64,000 bases of DNA from Actinomycetota bacterium. GTDB lineage: Bacteria > Actinomycetota > Thermoleophilia > RBG-16-64-13. The stretch spans positions 3,449 through 67,448 of the forward strand of contig JAAYZX010000122.1 in assembly GCA_012514635.1 (NCBI GenBank), written 5' to 3'. Under the pieces are notes generated by a model, which was given only the letters and a program-made list of their open reading frames with translations, ran no database searches and had not been told where the DNA came from. A program made the position numbers and the translations under genes. Below, one piece after another: positions 9,437 to 19,273 of the stretch; the stretch's first letter is position 1, and each line of letters opens with the position of its first letter.

Positions 9437-11023
9437 TCACGCCGACGATGAGTTAACGCCCACCCTCCTGCCTCTGCGCCTCAAAACCTCGAGCACCAGC
9501 TGCATTTCTTCCATTCTGAGAAGCCGCGCACATAGCGCGTAAGCCCCCAGGCCCAGCAGGTAACCTACGCCCACCGAGACCACCTGTGCCGGGTTCGACC
9601 GTCCCAACCATGCGTCCAGCAACCACCAACTCCCGTAGGCCACTCCGGCCAGCAGTATGCACGCGGCCAGCGATCGACCGATACTATCTAGAAATCGCCT
9701 ACCGCCCAAAGGTCCCACTTCCCGACGCAGGAGCCAGTAAAGGCCTAGGAAGTTGACCACAGTCACGGCGCTGGTAGCCATGGTGATACCCCCTATCCCC
9801 AAGGGCTTATACAAGAGGTAGTTCAGAAGTACGTTGACGCCCAGGTTCAGACAACCCATGAGTAGAGGTGGCCATGTCTTCTGGATGCCGTAGAAGCCAC
9901 GGCTCAACAACGTATTGGCGCTGACAAACGACATCCCCAAACTGAAGAAGTACAGTGCCCAGGTGACGGCCGCAGTGTCGGCGGCTTTGAATAGACCATG
10001 CTCGTAGATAAGCCGAACGGTGGGTTTGCCCAGAACAAGAAAGAAGGCCGTAAAAGGCAAGGTGAGAAAGAAGACCTGCCTGAGTCCGGATGTGAGCGCC
10101 TCCTTGAACTCGGGCATCAACTTCGACGCCGCCAACCGCGAAAGAGAGGGCAGTAGTACGGTACCGATGGCTATGGCGAATACTCCCTGCGGCAACTGGA
10201 AAAGACGGAACGCCTTGTCAATGACCGCGGGTGCCGGCTCGCTGATGAAGCTGGCAAAGATCGTGTTCACGAACCAGTTGATATTCACAAGGCCGAGACT
10301 GAGCACTACCGGCCACAACAACACGCCCACGCGGCGCACGGCCGGGTTGCGCAGATCCACGGAGAGACCTCCCGGCTCCCACAATCTGATGACCGCCGGT
10401 AGTTGCATACAGAGCTGAACCGTGGTACCTGCCACCACCCCCCATGCCAGAGCATAGAACCCGTAGCTGCGCGCGAAGAATGTGATCGACGCGATGATTA
10501 CCACATTCCACACGATCGGCCCCAAAGCCGGTAACGTAAAATGATCGTAGGAATTGAGAATCCCCACCACGATGGCAACCAGGCCAAGCAACAGCACAAG
10601 AGGAAACATGATGCGGGTGAGATCTACAGCCAGAGCAATGGTGGCCGGATCCGAGTAGCCGGGAGCCATGAGCCAGATCACCTGCCGAGCGAAGAGCACG
10701 CCGAGCAGACTGAGAGTTCCCAACACGATGAGGGCGACAAGAGACACGCTCGTTGCCACCCGCCATGCTTCCTGCCTCCGCCCTTTGACCAGCAACTCGG
10801 AGAAGACGGGAATGAAGGCTGCACTCAGAGCGGTATCCGACACCATAGTCCACACCAGACTGGGCGCTTTGAATGCCACCGTAAAGGCGCCCATGTCGGC
10901 CCCCAGACCCAGGTAGTACACCATCACCTGTTCCCGCACCAGCCCGAGGACACGCGAAACCGCGGTGGCGGCCATGATAAGTGCGGCCAATGAGGCCAAT
11001 CTGCGGGGAGTTTCGTTGCCCAT
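9437..11023 (-). CDS. murJ: Lipid II flippase MurJ (MviN)
   Basis: 528-aa polytopic membrane protein with the MurJ-like N-terminus AVSRVLGLVREQVMVYYLG and about 14 hydrophobic segments. Confidence 0.85.
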   Translation of the reverse strand: MGNETPRRLASLAALIMAATAVSRVLGLVREQVMVYYLGLGADMGAFTVAFKAPSLVWTMVSDTALSAAFIPVFSELLVKGRRQEAWRVATSVSLVALIVLGTLSLLGVLFARQVIWLMAPGYSDPATIALAVDLTRIMFPLVLLLGLVAIVVGILNSYDHFTLPALGPIVWNVVIIASITFFARSYGFYALAWGVVAGTTVQLCMQLPAVIRLWEPGGLSVDLRNPAVRRVGVLLWPVVLSLGLVNINWFVNTIFASFISEPAPAVIDKAFRLFQLPQGVFAIAIGTVLLPSLSRLAASKLMPEFKEALTSGLRQVFFLTLPFTAFFLVLGKPTVRLIYEHGLFKAADTAAVTWALYFFSLGMSFVSANTLLSRGFYGIQKTWPPLLMGCLNLGVNVLLNYLLYKPLGIGGITMATSAVTVVNFLGLYWLLRREVGPLGGRRFLDSIGRSLAACILLAGVAYGSWWLLDAWLGRSNPAQVVSVGVGYLLGLGAYALCARLLRMEEMQLVLEVLRRRGRRVGVNSSSA

Positions 11024-11085
11024 AGGCGAGGCCTATGCTAAACTCCCACGGCTCTGAAGGGAAGGGCAGGACGAGGAGGTGACAC

Positions 11086-11346
11086 TTGGCTAATACCCCG
11101 CAACAACGTAAGCGCGTGCGCATCGCCGCTCGTCAGCGCTTGGAGAATCTGCGTTACAAGTCTTCCATCAAGACCCTCTTCAAGCGCCTCAAACGCAGCA
11201 TCGCCGCGGGCGATGAAGAGATGGTGCAGACGGTGGCCACCAAGCTCACCTCCGCCATCGACAAGGCGACGGCGCATAAGGCTATACACAAGAACAACGC
11301 GGCTCGCAAGAAGTCTCAGCTGGCACGCACCCTAGCCGCACGCTAG
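11086..11346 (+). CDS. rpsT: 30S ribosomal protein S20
   Basis: MANTPQQRKRVRIAARQRLENLRYKSSIKTLFKRLK, 86 aa. Confidence 0.9.
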   Translation: MANTPQQRKRVRIAARQRLENLRYKSSIKTLFKRLKRSIAAGDEEMVQTVATKLTSAIDKATAHKAIHKNNAARKKSQLARTLAAR

Positions 11347-11376
11347 ACACCTGAACACTTCCGCGATGCCCTCTGC

Positions 11377-11408
11377 GAGGCGCCCTCAAGGCGCCTCTTG
11401 TGTTTTTG
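11377..11408 (+). terminator. Rho-independent terminator of rpsT
   Basis: Stem gaggcgcc/ggcgcctc with loop ctcaa, followed by the T-rich tract ttgtgtttttg. Confidence 0.65.
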
Positions 11409-11486
11409 TAACATCAGTTTCTCTAGCACCATATTTTCTCCGCTCTCCGGAGTCCTGCTTCTCAGATTCACTCGCTTAAACAACGC

Positions 11487-12623
11487 CTAGGCTCTGCACG
11501 CTGTCAATATCGCCCCTAAACACAGTTCGAACTCCAGACCGGCCGCCACTTCCGAAGGAAGCGGGGACATGCCCTTCATGCGCGCATCTGCCCGCGAGAG
11601 CGCCTGCACAATCATCCGCGCGCGTTCAGGTCTCAGGCTGTTGGACTGGCGCCACAACTTCTTGGCCGGAAAAGCTTTCAACTTTAGACGATCCTGAGTC
11701 TGTTCAAAGGTACCGCCGCCGCTCCGCAACGCAATCACAGCAACCAGCTTCTCGAAATGCCACAAAACCCTATAAAAGAGACTCATGGGCTCTTCTCCCG
11801 CCGCGTACAACTCCTCGAGAGCTCGGAAGGCCTGCACCCCTTGTCCCGCGGCGAGTGCATCCACCAGTTCAAAGACACTGGCCTCCAGCGTATGCGAGCA
11901 CACTGCTTCTATATCGTCGGTAGTAATGCGACCCGGACCCGCATATACAGATAGCTTCTCCAATTCCCTCAGAACCAGGTGTTGGTGCTCACCCATGCGC
12001 TCCACGAGCAGCCGCGCCTCCTCCTGACCCAGTTCCATCCTCAGCCGCGCCGCCTGCTTCGTCACCCAGTCCGTAAACTTGGCCCTGCGTGGCGCGGCAT
12101 ACTCCAGCACATCTCCCGTAGCAGCAACCGCGGCACGAAGCGAGTCGGCCGCGGGCAGCTTGTCTCCGACCAGTGCCAGACAGGCATCCGGTGCCGGCGA
12201 ACGAAGGTACGCCACCACCCGATCCTTATCTTCTTTCTTCCACATGTGGACCGAGTGGACCAACACCAGCCGCAATCCACCCAGAAAAGCCATGGTGTTC
12301 GCAGCATTCACTACGCCCACCGAAGTACCGGCGGTAGCCCAAAACTCAACTATATTGAGATCCCCCACGTCACCCGACGCAGCTTGACCGATACGCATCT
12401 TGAGCCGACGTAGAGCCTTCTCCACCTTGGGTTCGTCGTCCCCCAGAATGAGGTAGGCCGCTTTAAGAGGACCCTTGCCGGCGGAAGCTGCTTGAGAATC
12501 TCTGGCCGCAGAGACCTTCCTTCCACCTTTGGAGTCGGGCGCGGAGGTAGCTTCGGCAGCCACTCGACTCCCCTGACTGAGACTATCTTCTGATCGGCTT
12601 AGCATCAGTAGTCCCCGCTCCAT
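11487..12623 (-). CDS. holA: DNA polymerase III subunit delta
   Basis: Delta-subunit-like N-terminal region (YLILGDDEPKVEKALRRLKMRIG) in the conserved comEA-comEC-holA-rpsT context. The start is uncertain and may be an internal Met, because the ORF overlaps the comEC end by 40 nt. Confidence 0.8.
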   Translation of the reverse strand: MERGLLMLSRSEDSLSQGSRVAAEATSAPDSKGGRKVSAARDSQAASAGKGPLKAAYLILGDDEPKVEKALRRLKMRIGQAASGDVGDLNIVEFWATAGTSVGVVNAANTMAFLGGLRLVLVHSVHMWKKEDKDRVVAYLRSPAPDACLALVGDKLPAADSLRAAVAATGDVLEYAAPRRAKFTDWVTKQAARLRMELGQEEARLLVERMGEHQHLVLRELEKLSVYAGPGRITTDDIEAVCSHTLEASVFELVDALAAGQGVQAFRALEELYAAGEEPMSLFYRVLWHFEKLVAVIALRSGGGTFEQTQDRLKLKAFPAKKLWRQSNSLRPERARMIVQALSRADARMKGMSPLPSEVAAGLEFELCLGAILTACRA

Positions 12624-15129
12624 CCGACCACACTCTTATCCCTTCTCTCTGTCCAAGGGGTGATACCACCACCGTCCCCACCAAGTCGGTGCGCAGACAG
12701 GTTACCCCGGCCTCATCTAGAAACTCCAACGTTTCTTGATGAGGATGACGGAAAGAGTTGCCCTCCCCTACCGATATGACCGACACAGCAGGTTGCAGAC
12801 GTCCCAGCAACTCCTGAGTCAACGCTCCACGGCTACCGTGGTGTCCCACCACGAGCACGTCTACCGGTGACAACTCCAAATCCCGCAATTCCTTCGCTTC
12901 CGCGTCTCCCGGCAGAAGTATATCAAGGGCTCCTATTGTCACCGTCACCACCAGAGACGCTGCATTGGCATCACCGGCAAACGCAACCTCCGGCCCCGGA
13001 ACATCTATGTGGATGAGACAACCACCCATTTGGGCACACATGTTGGCCGACAACCGCGCACAGACAACACCTTTCTCCTTCAGTTCTTCCCGCAGTTGCA
13101 GATATCTCTCCGCTTCAGCCGCTCCTGAATCGGACGCCTGCCCGCCGAGTCCGAAAAGCACCCCACCATCTGGTCCGTCAACGAACCTCTCAATCTCCAT
13201 AGCCTCCGCCACCTCAGCCAATCCCCCAAAATGATCTTCGTGGGGATGAGAAATGATAACCACGTCCAGTCTCCTCACCCCCAGCGCACGAAGCTGAGCG
13301 TACAATCCACAGCCCTTCGGCCCCGCATCCACAAGCACCGCCTGCCTATCCGGCGTGCGTATGAGAGCAGCGCTGCCCTGTCCTACGTCCAGAACTCGGA
13401 CTTCACCGTGAGCCGGCCATGATCTCGCCGCCCACGCCACCTGCAATCCGTCGAGTAGCCAGGCTCCCGTAAGGTACAAAACACACCCCAGCACTACCCC
13501 CATCATAGGTAGGAGGCGACGACGTAAACCGGCACGAGTGAGAAGCCTGGAGCCTCCGACGCTCCGCCGAGAACGGTTGCGCCACCACTGAGCGACAAGG
13601 ACGGCAACGTATCCCCCGACGGCACATATCACCAACCCCACCGACGAGCGCGGCAGCACCGGCAACATCGAGCACCAGGAGGCCACCCGCATACACCACT
13701 CCACCAGCACTGCCGATATCTGATTGAGAAAGATCGCACCCATAGGCCACATCAGGCCCACAGAAGCCGAAGCCAGGCATAGGCCGGTCACAGCAGGCAT
13801 TGTGGGAACCGCCAAGAGGTTGGCGGGCAATGAACCCAGTGGTACTTGGCCGAAATGAGCAAGCGAGACGGGAGCCGTACCGAGTGTGGCCGCCAAAGTT
13901 ACTGCAGCCACGGTAGCCACAGATGCGGGCAGTCGCTTCATCCCCTGTTGGAAACGCGCCGCGAAGCATAGGATCCCCATGACGGCTGAGAACGAGAGTT
14001 GCATCCCAGGTGTCAACGCCAAATAAGGGTTTATCGACAGCAGGATCAGTGCTGCCAGCAACAGCAGATGCCAGGTATCGCGTCCCCTGCCAAGTAATCG
14101 CGCACAGATGAGCAGTCCCCCCGTCAAAGCCGCCCGTAGCACAGACGGACCGCCATCGGTAAGAGGAACGAAAACCAAGAGAGCCGCAGCCGCCATGACA
14201 AACCCCGTCCAGCGCGGAAGACCGGCTGCTCGTGCCAGTACTAAGACTCCTGCAATTATCCACGCGATGTGCGAACCACTCACAGTCAACATATGCGAGA
14301 GGCCACTGCGCCGGAAGTTATCCGACACCTCTCGCGGTATGTGGTCCTTGATGCCCAAGAGGACTCCCTGCAGCAGACCGCCGTGCGCCGAAGGGATGCC
14401 GGCCGCCAACAAGGAACACACGCGTTCTCGCAGATCTGCGAACCACGTAGTGAGGTTCCTGCAACTACCCACAGCCCTCAGTTCCGCTGCTTGGGCATGG
14501 AAAACCCACCCCACCCCCAGACCGCGCAGATATGTTCTCTGGTTGAAACCTTCCGACGCCGGTGCGGGCGGCCGGATTTCTCCTCGGCCCTGCAATACCG
14601 TGCCCACCGGGATGCATTCGATTATGTCGTCTCTATCGAAGCATTCCATCCACACCGGCGTTATGATGCGCTCATTGTGGGCGTTATCTGCTGATATCAG
14701 ACTCAGTACTTGCGCCTTCCCCGACCAGAACTTGCCGTGCTTGGCCGGTGATTCTTCCAGGAGCAACACCAACTCCACCTCTTCACCCATGTGTGCAGCG
14801 AGCGGCCCTTCATCAATGGACCGGGCACGAGATGAGCCCCACACAAGACCCGCAGTCAACGCGAGGAGGAGGATCATTACAGGCACCACATCCGACCGTC
14901 GTGGTCCGCACCAGACGGTCGCGACCCCAAGCACTGCGGCCGCCAAGCCCACCAGCACTGCGAGGATCGGATATCCGCGGATCCCCAATGAAGCGACGAC
15001 CAGCCCGCCAACGACGCACCCTGTCGCCGTCCGGGCCAGTCCCATACGTTTCCGCAGCAGAAGCCCGCATCCCAGCCGGCGGCCGGCCGCGCGCAGTTCG
15101 GCCGGCCGCCCCCACAATCCCTGTTTCAC
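12583..15129 (-). CDS. comEC: DNA internalization competence protein ComEC/Rec2 with C-terminal metallo-beta-lactamase domain
   Basis: 848 aa with a polytopic membrane core and a C-terminal MBL domain (HPHEDH, VVGHHGS). Confidence 0.85.
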   Translation of the reverse strand: MKQGLWGRPAELRAAGRRLGCGLLLRKRMGLARTATGCVVGGLVVASLGIRGYPILAVLVGLAAAVLGVATVWCGPRRSDVVPVMILLLALTAGLVWGSSRARSIDEGPLAAHMGEEVELVLLLEESPAKHGKFWSGKAQVLSLISADNAHNERIITPVWMECFDRDDIIECIPVGTVLQGRGEIRPPAPASEGFNQRTYLRGLGVGWVFHAQAAELRAVGSCRNLTTWFADLRERVCSLLAAGIPSAHGGLLQGVLLGIKDHIPREVSDNFRRSGLSHMLTVSGSHIAWIIAGVLVLARAAGLPRWTGFVMAAAALLVFVPLTDGGPSVLRAALTGGLLICARLLGRGRDTWHLLLLAALILLSINPYLALTPGMQLSFSAVMGILCFAARFQQGMKRLPASVATVAAVTLAATLGTAPVSLAHFGQVPLGSLPANLLAVPTMPAVTGLCLASASVGLMWPMGAIFLNQISAVLVEWCMRVASWCSMLPVLPRSSVGLVICAVGGYVAVLVAQWWRNRSRRSVGGSRLLTRAGLRRRLLPMMGVVLGCVLYLTGAWLLDGLQVAWAARSWPAHGEVRVLDVGQGSAALIRTPDRQAVLVDAGPKGCGLYAQLRALGVRRLDVVIISHPHEDHFGGLAEVAEAMEIERFVDGPDGGVLFGLGGQASDSGAAEAERYLQLREELKEKGVVCARLSANMCAQMGGCLIHIDVPGPEVAFAGDANAASLVVTVTIGALDILLPGDAEAKELRDLELSPVDVLVVGHHGSRGALTQELLGRLQPAVSVISVGEGNSFRHPHQETLEFLDEAGVTCLRTDLVGTVVVSPLGQREGIRVWSDGAGTTDAKPIRR

Positions 15130-15872
15130 GGCACCACCAGGTCGCGAATACGAGCCAGTGTGGCAGGACCAATTCCCGGTACCTTCTGCAGCTCCTCCAC
15201 CGTGCCGAACGGGCCATGTTCCTCGCGATAAGAGATGATGGCAGCAGCAGTTGCGGGCCCTATGCCCGGCAGCTGATCAAGCGTGGCGGCATCCGCAGCA
15301 CTAAGAGAAATGAGACCCCCACCGCCTCCCATGCCCCCACTGGAAGGCACACTCCCCCCGACCTCGTTGCCTCCCGATGCCGGAGCCTGCTCTCCCACAG
15401 CGGGGACAACAATCCGAGAACCATCCCCCACCACAGCAGCCAAGTTGAGTGATTCAATATCCGCCTCAGCCGTGGCCCCGCCTGCTTCTTGCACCGCTTC
15501 GAACACGCGTGCACCGCGTTTCAGCTGATATACACCGGGCTTCCGCACGGCTCCCACCACCTGGACGTAAATTCCCACGGTGGTGCTTGTGGTGAGTCCC
15601 GCCAAGCTTTGACCTTCTCCAAATCCGGCGGCACCCTCCCCCACATTCACCACTCGGGGAGAGCCTTGAGTGGCGTCCAAAAGAAGGAAAGAGTCTTCCT
15701 GTCCCGATGAGGCTTTCCTGGCTGTTGCAACACCCCACAGTCCTACACCCAGGACCACGGCGGCCGCCGCAAAATACAGAATCACCTTTCTCAAACCCGG
15801 CGCTTTCATAGCCGCCAGTCTATGTCCGCCCGCGGCGGCCGAGAAGAAGACCATGGTCCTATCTTGGATCAC
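15126..15872 (-). CDS. comEA: Competence protein ComEA (helix-hairpin-helix DNA-binding)
   Basis: C-terminal tandem HhH, LDQLPGIGPATAAAIISYREEHGPFGTVEELQKVPGIGPATLARIRDLV, with an N-terminal membrane anchor. Confidence 0.8.
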   Translation of the reverse strand: MIQDRTMVFFSAAAGGHRLAAMKAPGLRKVILYFAAAAVVLGVGLWGVATARKASSGQEDSFLLLDATQGSPRVVNVGEGAAGFGEGQSLAGLTTSTTVGIYVQVVGAVRKPGVYQLKRGARVFEAVQEAGGATAEADIESLNLAAVVGDGSRIVVPAVGEQAPASGGNEVGGSVPSSGGMGGGGGLISLSAADAATLDQLPGIGPATAAAIISYREEHGPFGTVEELQKVPGIGPATLARIRDLVVP

Positions 15873-15889
15873 TGGGTTGTGGATAAGAG

Positions 15890-15923
15890 CCGGGGGGCGG
15901 GGCCGTTCGGCCCCGCCCCCCGG
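15890..15923. terminator. Perfect 16-bp GC-rich hairpin between the rubrerythrin stop and the comEA start; probable U-tract-less intrinsic terminator
   Basis: ccggggggcggggccg tt cggccccgccccccgg read directly from the sequence. Confidence 0.5.
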
Positions 15924-15959
15924 CGGACCTCTTACTCAGTTATGGCTTGAGTCTAGTCC

Positions 15960-16532
15960 CTAGTAGGCCTCAACCCACAGCTCAAAGTGCGACTGTGCGT
16001 GCGCGCATGCGGGGCAGACACTCGGAGCCTCCACTCCTTCGTGGACGTATCCACAATTTCCGCACTTCCAGCGAACCGGCTCCTCCCTCTTGAACACTTT
16101 GTCCTGCTCAACGTTTTCGAGCAGTTTGCGATAGCGTTTCTCGTGCCATTTTTCCACCTTGGCGATACTGCGGAAGGAGGCGGCGATCTTCTTGAAACCC
16201 TCCTTCTCAGCTACTTCGGCAAAGTCCGGGTATAGAGCCGACCATTCGTCCTTTTCGCCGTCAGCAGCAGCAAGCAGATTCTCTGCCGTGGTTCCAGTAG
16301 GGCCGGCGGGATACATCGCGTCGAATTTGACCATACCTCCGTCAAGATACTGGAAGAATACCTTCGCGTGCTCCTTCTCATTCTCAGCGGTTTCCTGGAA
16401 GAGGGCTGCTATCTGTACGTAGCCCTCATCTCGAGCGACACTAGCGTAGTAGTTGTACCGATTTCGCGCCTGCGACTCTCCGGCAAAAGCACGCATCAGG
16501 TTCTTCTCTGTCTCAGAACCTCTCATTTCCAT
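15960..16532 (-). CDS. rbr: Rubrerythrin
   Basis: Di-iron ExxH motifs and a C-terminal rubredoxin-like CGNCGYVHEG...CPAC. Confidence 0.9.
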   Translation of the reverse strand: MEMRGSETEKNLMRAFAGESQARNRYNYYASVARDEGYVQIAALFQETAENEKEHAKVFFQYLDGGMVKFDAMYPAGPTGTTAENLLAAADGEKDEWSALYPDFAEVAEKEGFKKIAASFRSIAKVEKWHEKRYRKLLENVEQDKVFKREEPVRWKCGNCGYVHEGVEAPSVCPACAHAQSHFELWVEAY

Positions 16533-16549
16533 AGATTGTTCTCCTTCCG

Positions 16550-18583
16550 TTAACCGTTTTTGTGAGGTTTGGCACGCGCCACAGTGATCTCGCGTCCACG
16601 GATGACCTCGCCGCTCAGACGATCGATAACATGGTCGGCTACCTCTCTCCGCACCTCTAGGAATGTGTAACGCGACAGCACATCGATCCGACCGATCTGT
16701 TCAGCGGTCAGTCCCGCCTTGTCGCACAATAGTTCCTCCAACTGCTCTTTACCCAGGCGAGCCGTTCGGCCCACAGATATGAACAACCGGGTCCAAATAC
16801 CGGCACCAACATCTGCCGACAGTCCCACAGTTGCCGGCATGGGCGCCATCGCCTGCAGAAGTGCAGCCACCAAATCCGTGGCTTCACTGCTCGTCAGGAG
16901 ATGCTCGGCCAGCACACGATACTCCTGAGTCCCTTCGCGCGCACTCCGTTCCAACAACCGCTTCACTTCGGCGTGGGTATTCCGTATCCAAGCCACGAGC
17001 GATTGCTCCCGTTCGTCCAACGGCTCCGTCTCTACCTGCGCCTCCACAGGCTCGGCCGCTCTCTCCTGTCCCATCAGTTTCCTGCGCGCTTCACGTAAAC
17101 GTTCGTCCACCTCCCGGCGCCGCAACATCTCCGCCACCGCCCGATCTTGCGCACCCGGAGCCTGCTCTGAAACGACATCCTCCGCCCCAGCGACCTCCGG
17201 CGCAAACGCCTGCAATCGAGCCGTCTCTACCATGGATTCTTTCACAAGACGTGCCGCTTCCTTGGTGGCATCTTCAGGATCGATACACTCGATCTTGCGC
17301 GAAGCGTCCCTCCGAATATACCGGCGCTGCATCCTCTCAGCCTCTGTTAGGGCTGGGGTATCCGCCGCCGATGTGGAGGTGGAGGCGGTCGCCGGCCCCG
17401 ATACGCTCCTCTTCTTCCTACCACGTTCTTGCACAGGCTGAGCCGCCATGGCCGGTTGTGCCGCCTCGGTGGAGACCTCCTCGCTGGAATTAGCCGCCAC
17501 GGCGCATTGAGACACCGGCTCCACCTGAATCAGATCGGTACGCACGTAATCCCAGTATTCCGCCGGTGAGATGAGTATCTTCGCCTCGCCTGAATCGACG
17601 GCTGAGGTCCATTCGGACAACCGGATAGGAAGATGTAAAAAGATGACACGACGATCAACCCCACCCTCCTCCGACTTGTCTTCTTCTCCATCGACGCGCA
17701 CGCTAACATCCGCTTCCGGACTCAGACGCGTCACTTCCGCGCTCAGAGCCGCGGCCTCCTCCCCAGTGCGAGTTATCACCAACATGGGCGCAGTCTTCCC
17801 GTTGGTGTTTCCGACCATGCCCACAACGACATCCGTCTTTTCATCCTCCGCGACCTCGCGCAATACCGATGCCAGTGCTCCCAGTTCTCCACGCATCTCA
17901 GTGAACTGTAGCTCAGTGGCCTGGGGGATACACGACCCGACGAACTCCTCCGTCTCGCGATCCATACCCGCCGTCACCGCCAGAACCTGGACGTCTCCTC
18001 CATCCTCGCCACGCGTTCGAGCTGCCTGCAACAAACGGCTCAAGCCCTCACCGGCACCCACCGAGAGCAGTAGGTCTACCTCCAGCATAACCACTATCCG
18101 CAAGGCCTCCGGCTCCAGCGCCCCTCTATCAACGAGATCGCTCACGCGCCCCGGCGTGCCTACCACGCAAACGGCTCCCCGGCGCAGAGCTGCAGCCACT
18201 CTGTCTATTCTGGTGCCGGAATGCGCCCGCACCACTACCCCACGCGCACCCAGCGCCCACTCGAAGGCCGCCGCCACCTGCTGTACATCATCGGCTGTGA
18301 AGGCGACCACAGCCACCACCGGCCGCGAATCACCCTCCAAGGGCAGATCCAAGGCAGCCAGTCGTTGTGCCGTAGCCAGAGCCAGCCCTGCCACCCGTCC
18401 CGTCCCTGCGGGTGCCCGCACTACCAGATCTCCACCGTCCAGCACAGCCGGTATCAGCGCAGCCTGTACCGTCGTAGGCCGCAAAAATCCCGCGTCACGC
18501 GCAGCTGCCAGCGCCATTCCACTCAAACCTGTTTGCTCCAAGGTCATCTCCGCCACTTCGTCAGCGGCATCCGATGAAACCAT
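16550..18583 (-). CDS. DEAD-box helicase-like protein with degenerate ATPase motifs and a C-terminal DbpA RNA-binding domain
   Basis: The Q-motif is retained (GFLRPTTVQAALIP). Motif I reads APAGTGRVAG instead of AxTGSGKT, and the DEAD box reads LEVD. The C-terminus WTRLFISVGRTARLGKEQLEELLCDKAGLTAEQIGRIDVLSRYTFLEVRRE is DbpA-like. The likely start is the Met of MVSSDAADEV at 18583, which overlaps the upstream stop as TGATG. Confidence 0.7.
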   Translation of the reverse strand: MVSSDAADEVAEMTLEQTGLSGMALAAARDAGFLRPTTVQAALIPAVLDGGDLVVRAPAGTGRVAGLALATAQRLAALDLPLEGDSRPVVAVVAFTADDVQQVAAAFEWALGARGVVVRAHSGTRIDRVAAALRRGAVCVVGTPGRVSDLVDRGALEPEALRIVVMLEVDLLLSVGAGEGLSRLLQAARTRGEDGGDVQVLAVTAGMDRETEEFVGSCIPQATELQFTEMRGELGALASVLREVAEDEKTDVVVGMVGNTNGKTAPMLVITRTGEEAAALSAEVTRLSPEADVSVRVDGEEDKSEEGGVDRRVIFLHLPIRLSEWTSAVDSGEAKILISPAEYWDYVRTDLIQVEPVSQCAVAANSSEEVSTEAAQPAMAAQPVQERGRKKRSVSGPATASTSTSAADTPALTEAERMQRRYIRRDASRKIECIDPEDATKEAARLVKESMVETARLQAFAPEVAGAEDVVSEQAPGAQDRAVAEMLRRREVDERLREARRKLMGQERAAEPVEAQVETEPLDEREQSLVAWIRNTHAEVKRLLERSAREGTQEYRVLAEHLLTSSEATDLVAALLQAMAPMPATVGLSADVGAGIWTRLFISVGRTARLGKEQLEELLCDKAGLTAEQIGRIDVLSRYTFLEVRREVADHVIDRLSGEVIRGREITVARAKPHKNG

Positions 18584-19251
18584 CACACCTTCCTTTCCCC
18601 AGAGGCCTCCTCCGTGGGCAGGCACCGTAGAAGAAAACTTTCCACCGCCGCTTCCAGAGGTCCATGTCGACCATGGAAGAAATGGTCGGTTCCACTGATA
18701 ACCACGGTTTCCGGCTGCAGACCGCGCTGGTGGAAGAAGGCCTCTACCTCAGCGGGCGGTGCGATATCGTCCTGTAGCCCGCATATAGAAAGAACCGGCC
18801 CTGTGAACTCACCCAGTCGATCGAACGCATCCGGAGTAAGATCTTCCCACAGCATGGGGAACGCCACCAGGATAAGTGCATCGGCCCGTACATCTTTGAG
18901 AGCAGCTAACGCCGACATCCTGGCGCCAAAGGAGTAGCCGGCGAGCACCATGGGCCCATCTACAGCGGCGCGCTGAGTGACCATATCCGCCGCGGCCCGC
19001 ACGTCTTCCCACTCGTCCATCCCGCTGAATTCGCCTTGACTTAGGCCCACTCCGCGAAAATTAAAGCGGACCGTAGCCAATCCCATCCGTCGACAAGCCT
19101 TGGCCACGTGATGCACCACCGGTTGTACCATGGTGCCACCGCGCAGGGAGTGGGGATGGGCGATCACTGCGCTTCCCCGGATAACGGAGTCCGGACTCTC
19201 ATACACGCCCTCCAGAACCGGAGGACCGGGAATCATAACCGCCTCTCTCAT
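18583..19251 (-). CDS. Alpha/beta-fold hydrolase
   Basis: GYSFGA nucleophile-elbow motif; 222 aa. Confidence 0.7.
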   Translation of the reverse strand: MREAVMIPGPPVLEGVYESPDSVIRGSAVIAHPHSLRGGTMVQPVVHHVAKACRRMGLATVRFNFRGVGLSQGEFSGMDEWEDVRAAADMVTQRAAVDGPMVLAGYSFGARMSALAALKDVRADALILVAFPMLWEDLTPDAFDRLGEFTGPVLSICGLQDDIAPPAEVEAFFHQRGLQPETVVISGTDHFFHGRHGPLEAAVESFLLRCLPTEEASGERKV

Positions 19252-19273
19252 ACGTCCTCCCTGGCCCAGGTGT

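Noticed and set aside
14108-15238. Long ORFs antisense to real genes. Examples: 14108-15238 (+) inside comEC; 17571-18698 (+) opposite the helicase-like gene; 22239-23156 (+) opposite ABC-F; 27305-28621 (-) opposite the acyl-CoA ligase; 36982-38109 (+) opposite E1alpha; 45023-46126 (+) opposite leuS; 53356-54420 (+) opposite mop.
   Set aside because: They are high-GC artefacts. Their translations are Arg/Pro/Gly-rich without motifs, and each lies opposite a gene with clear family signatures.
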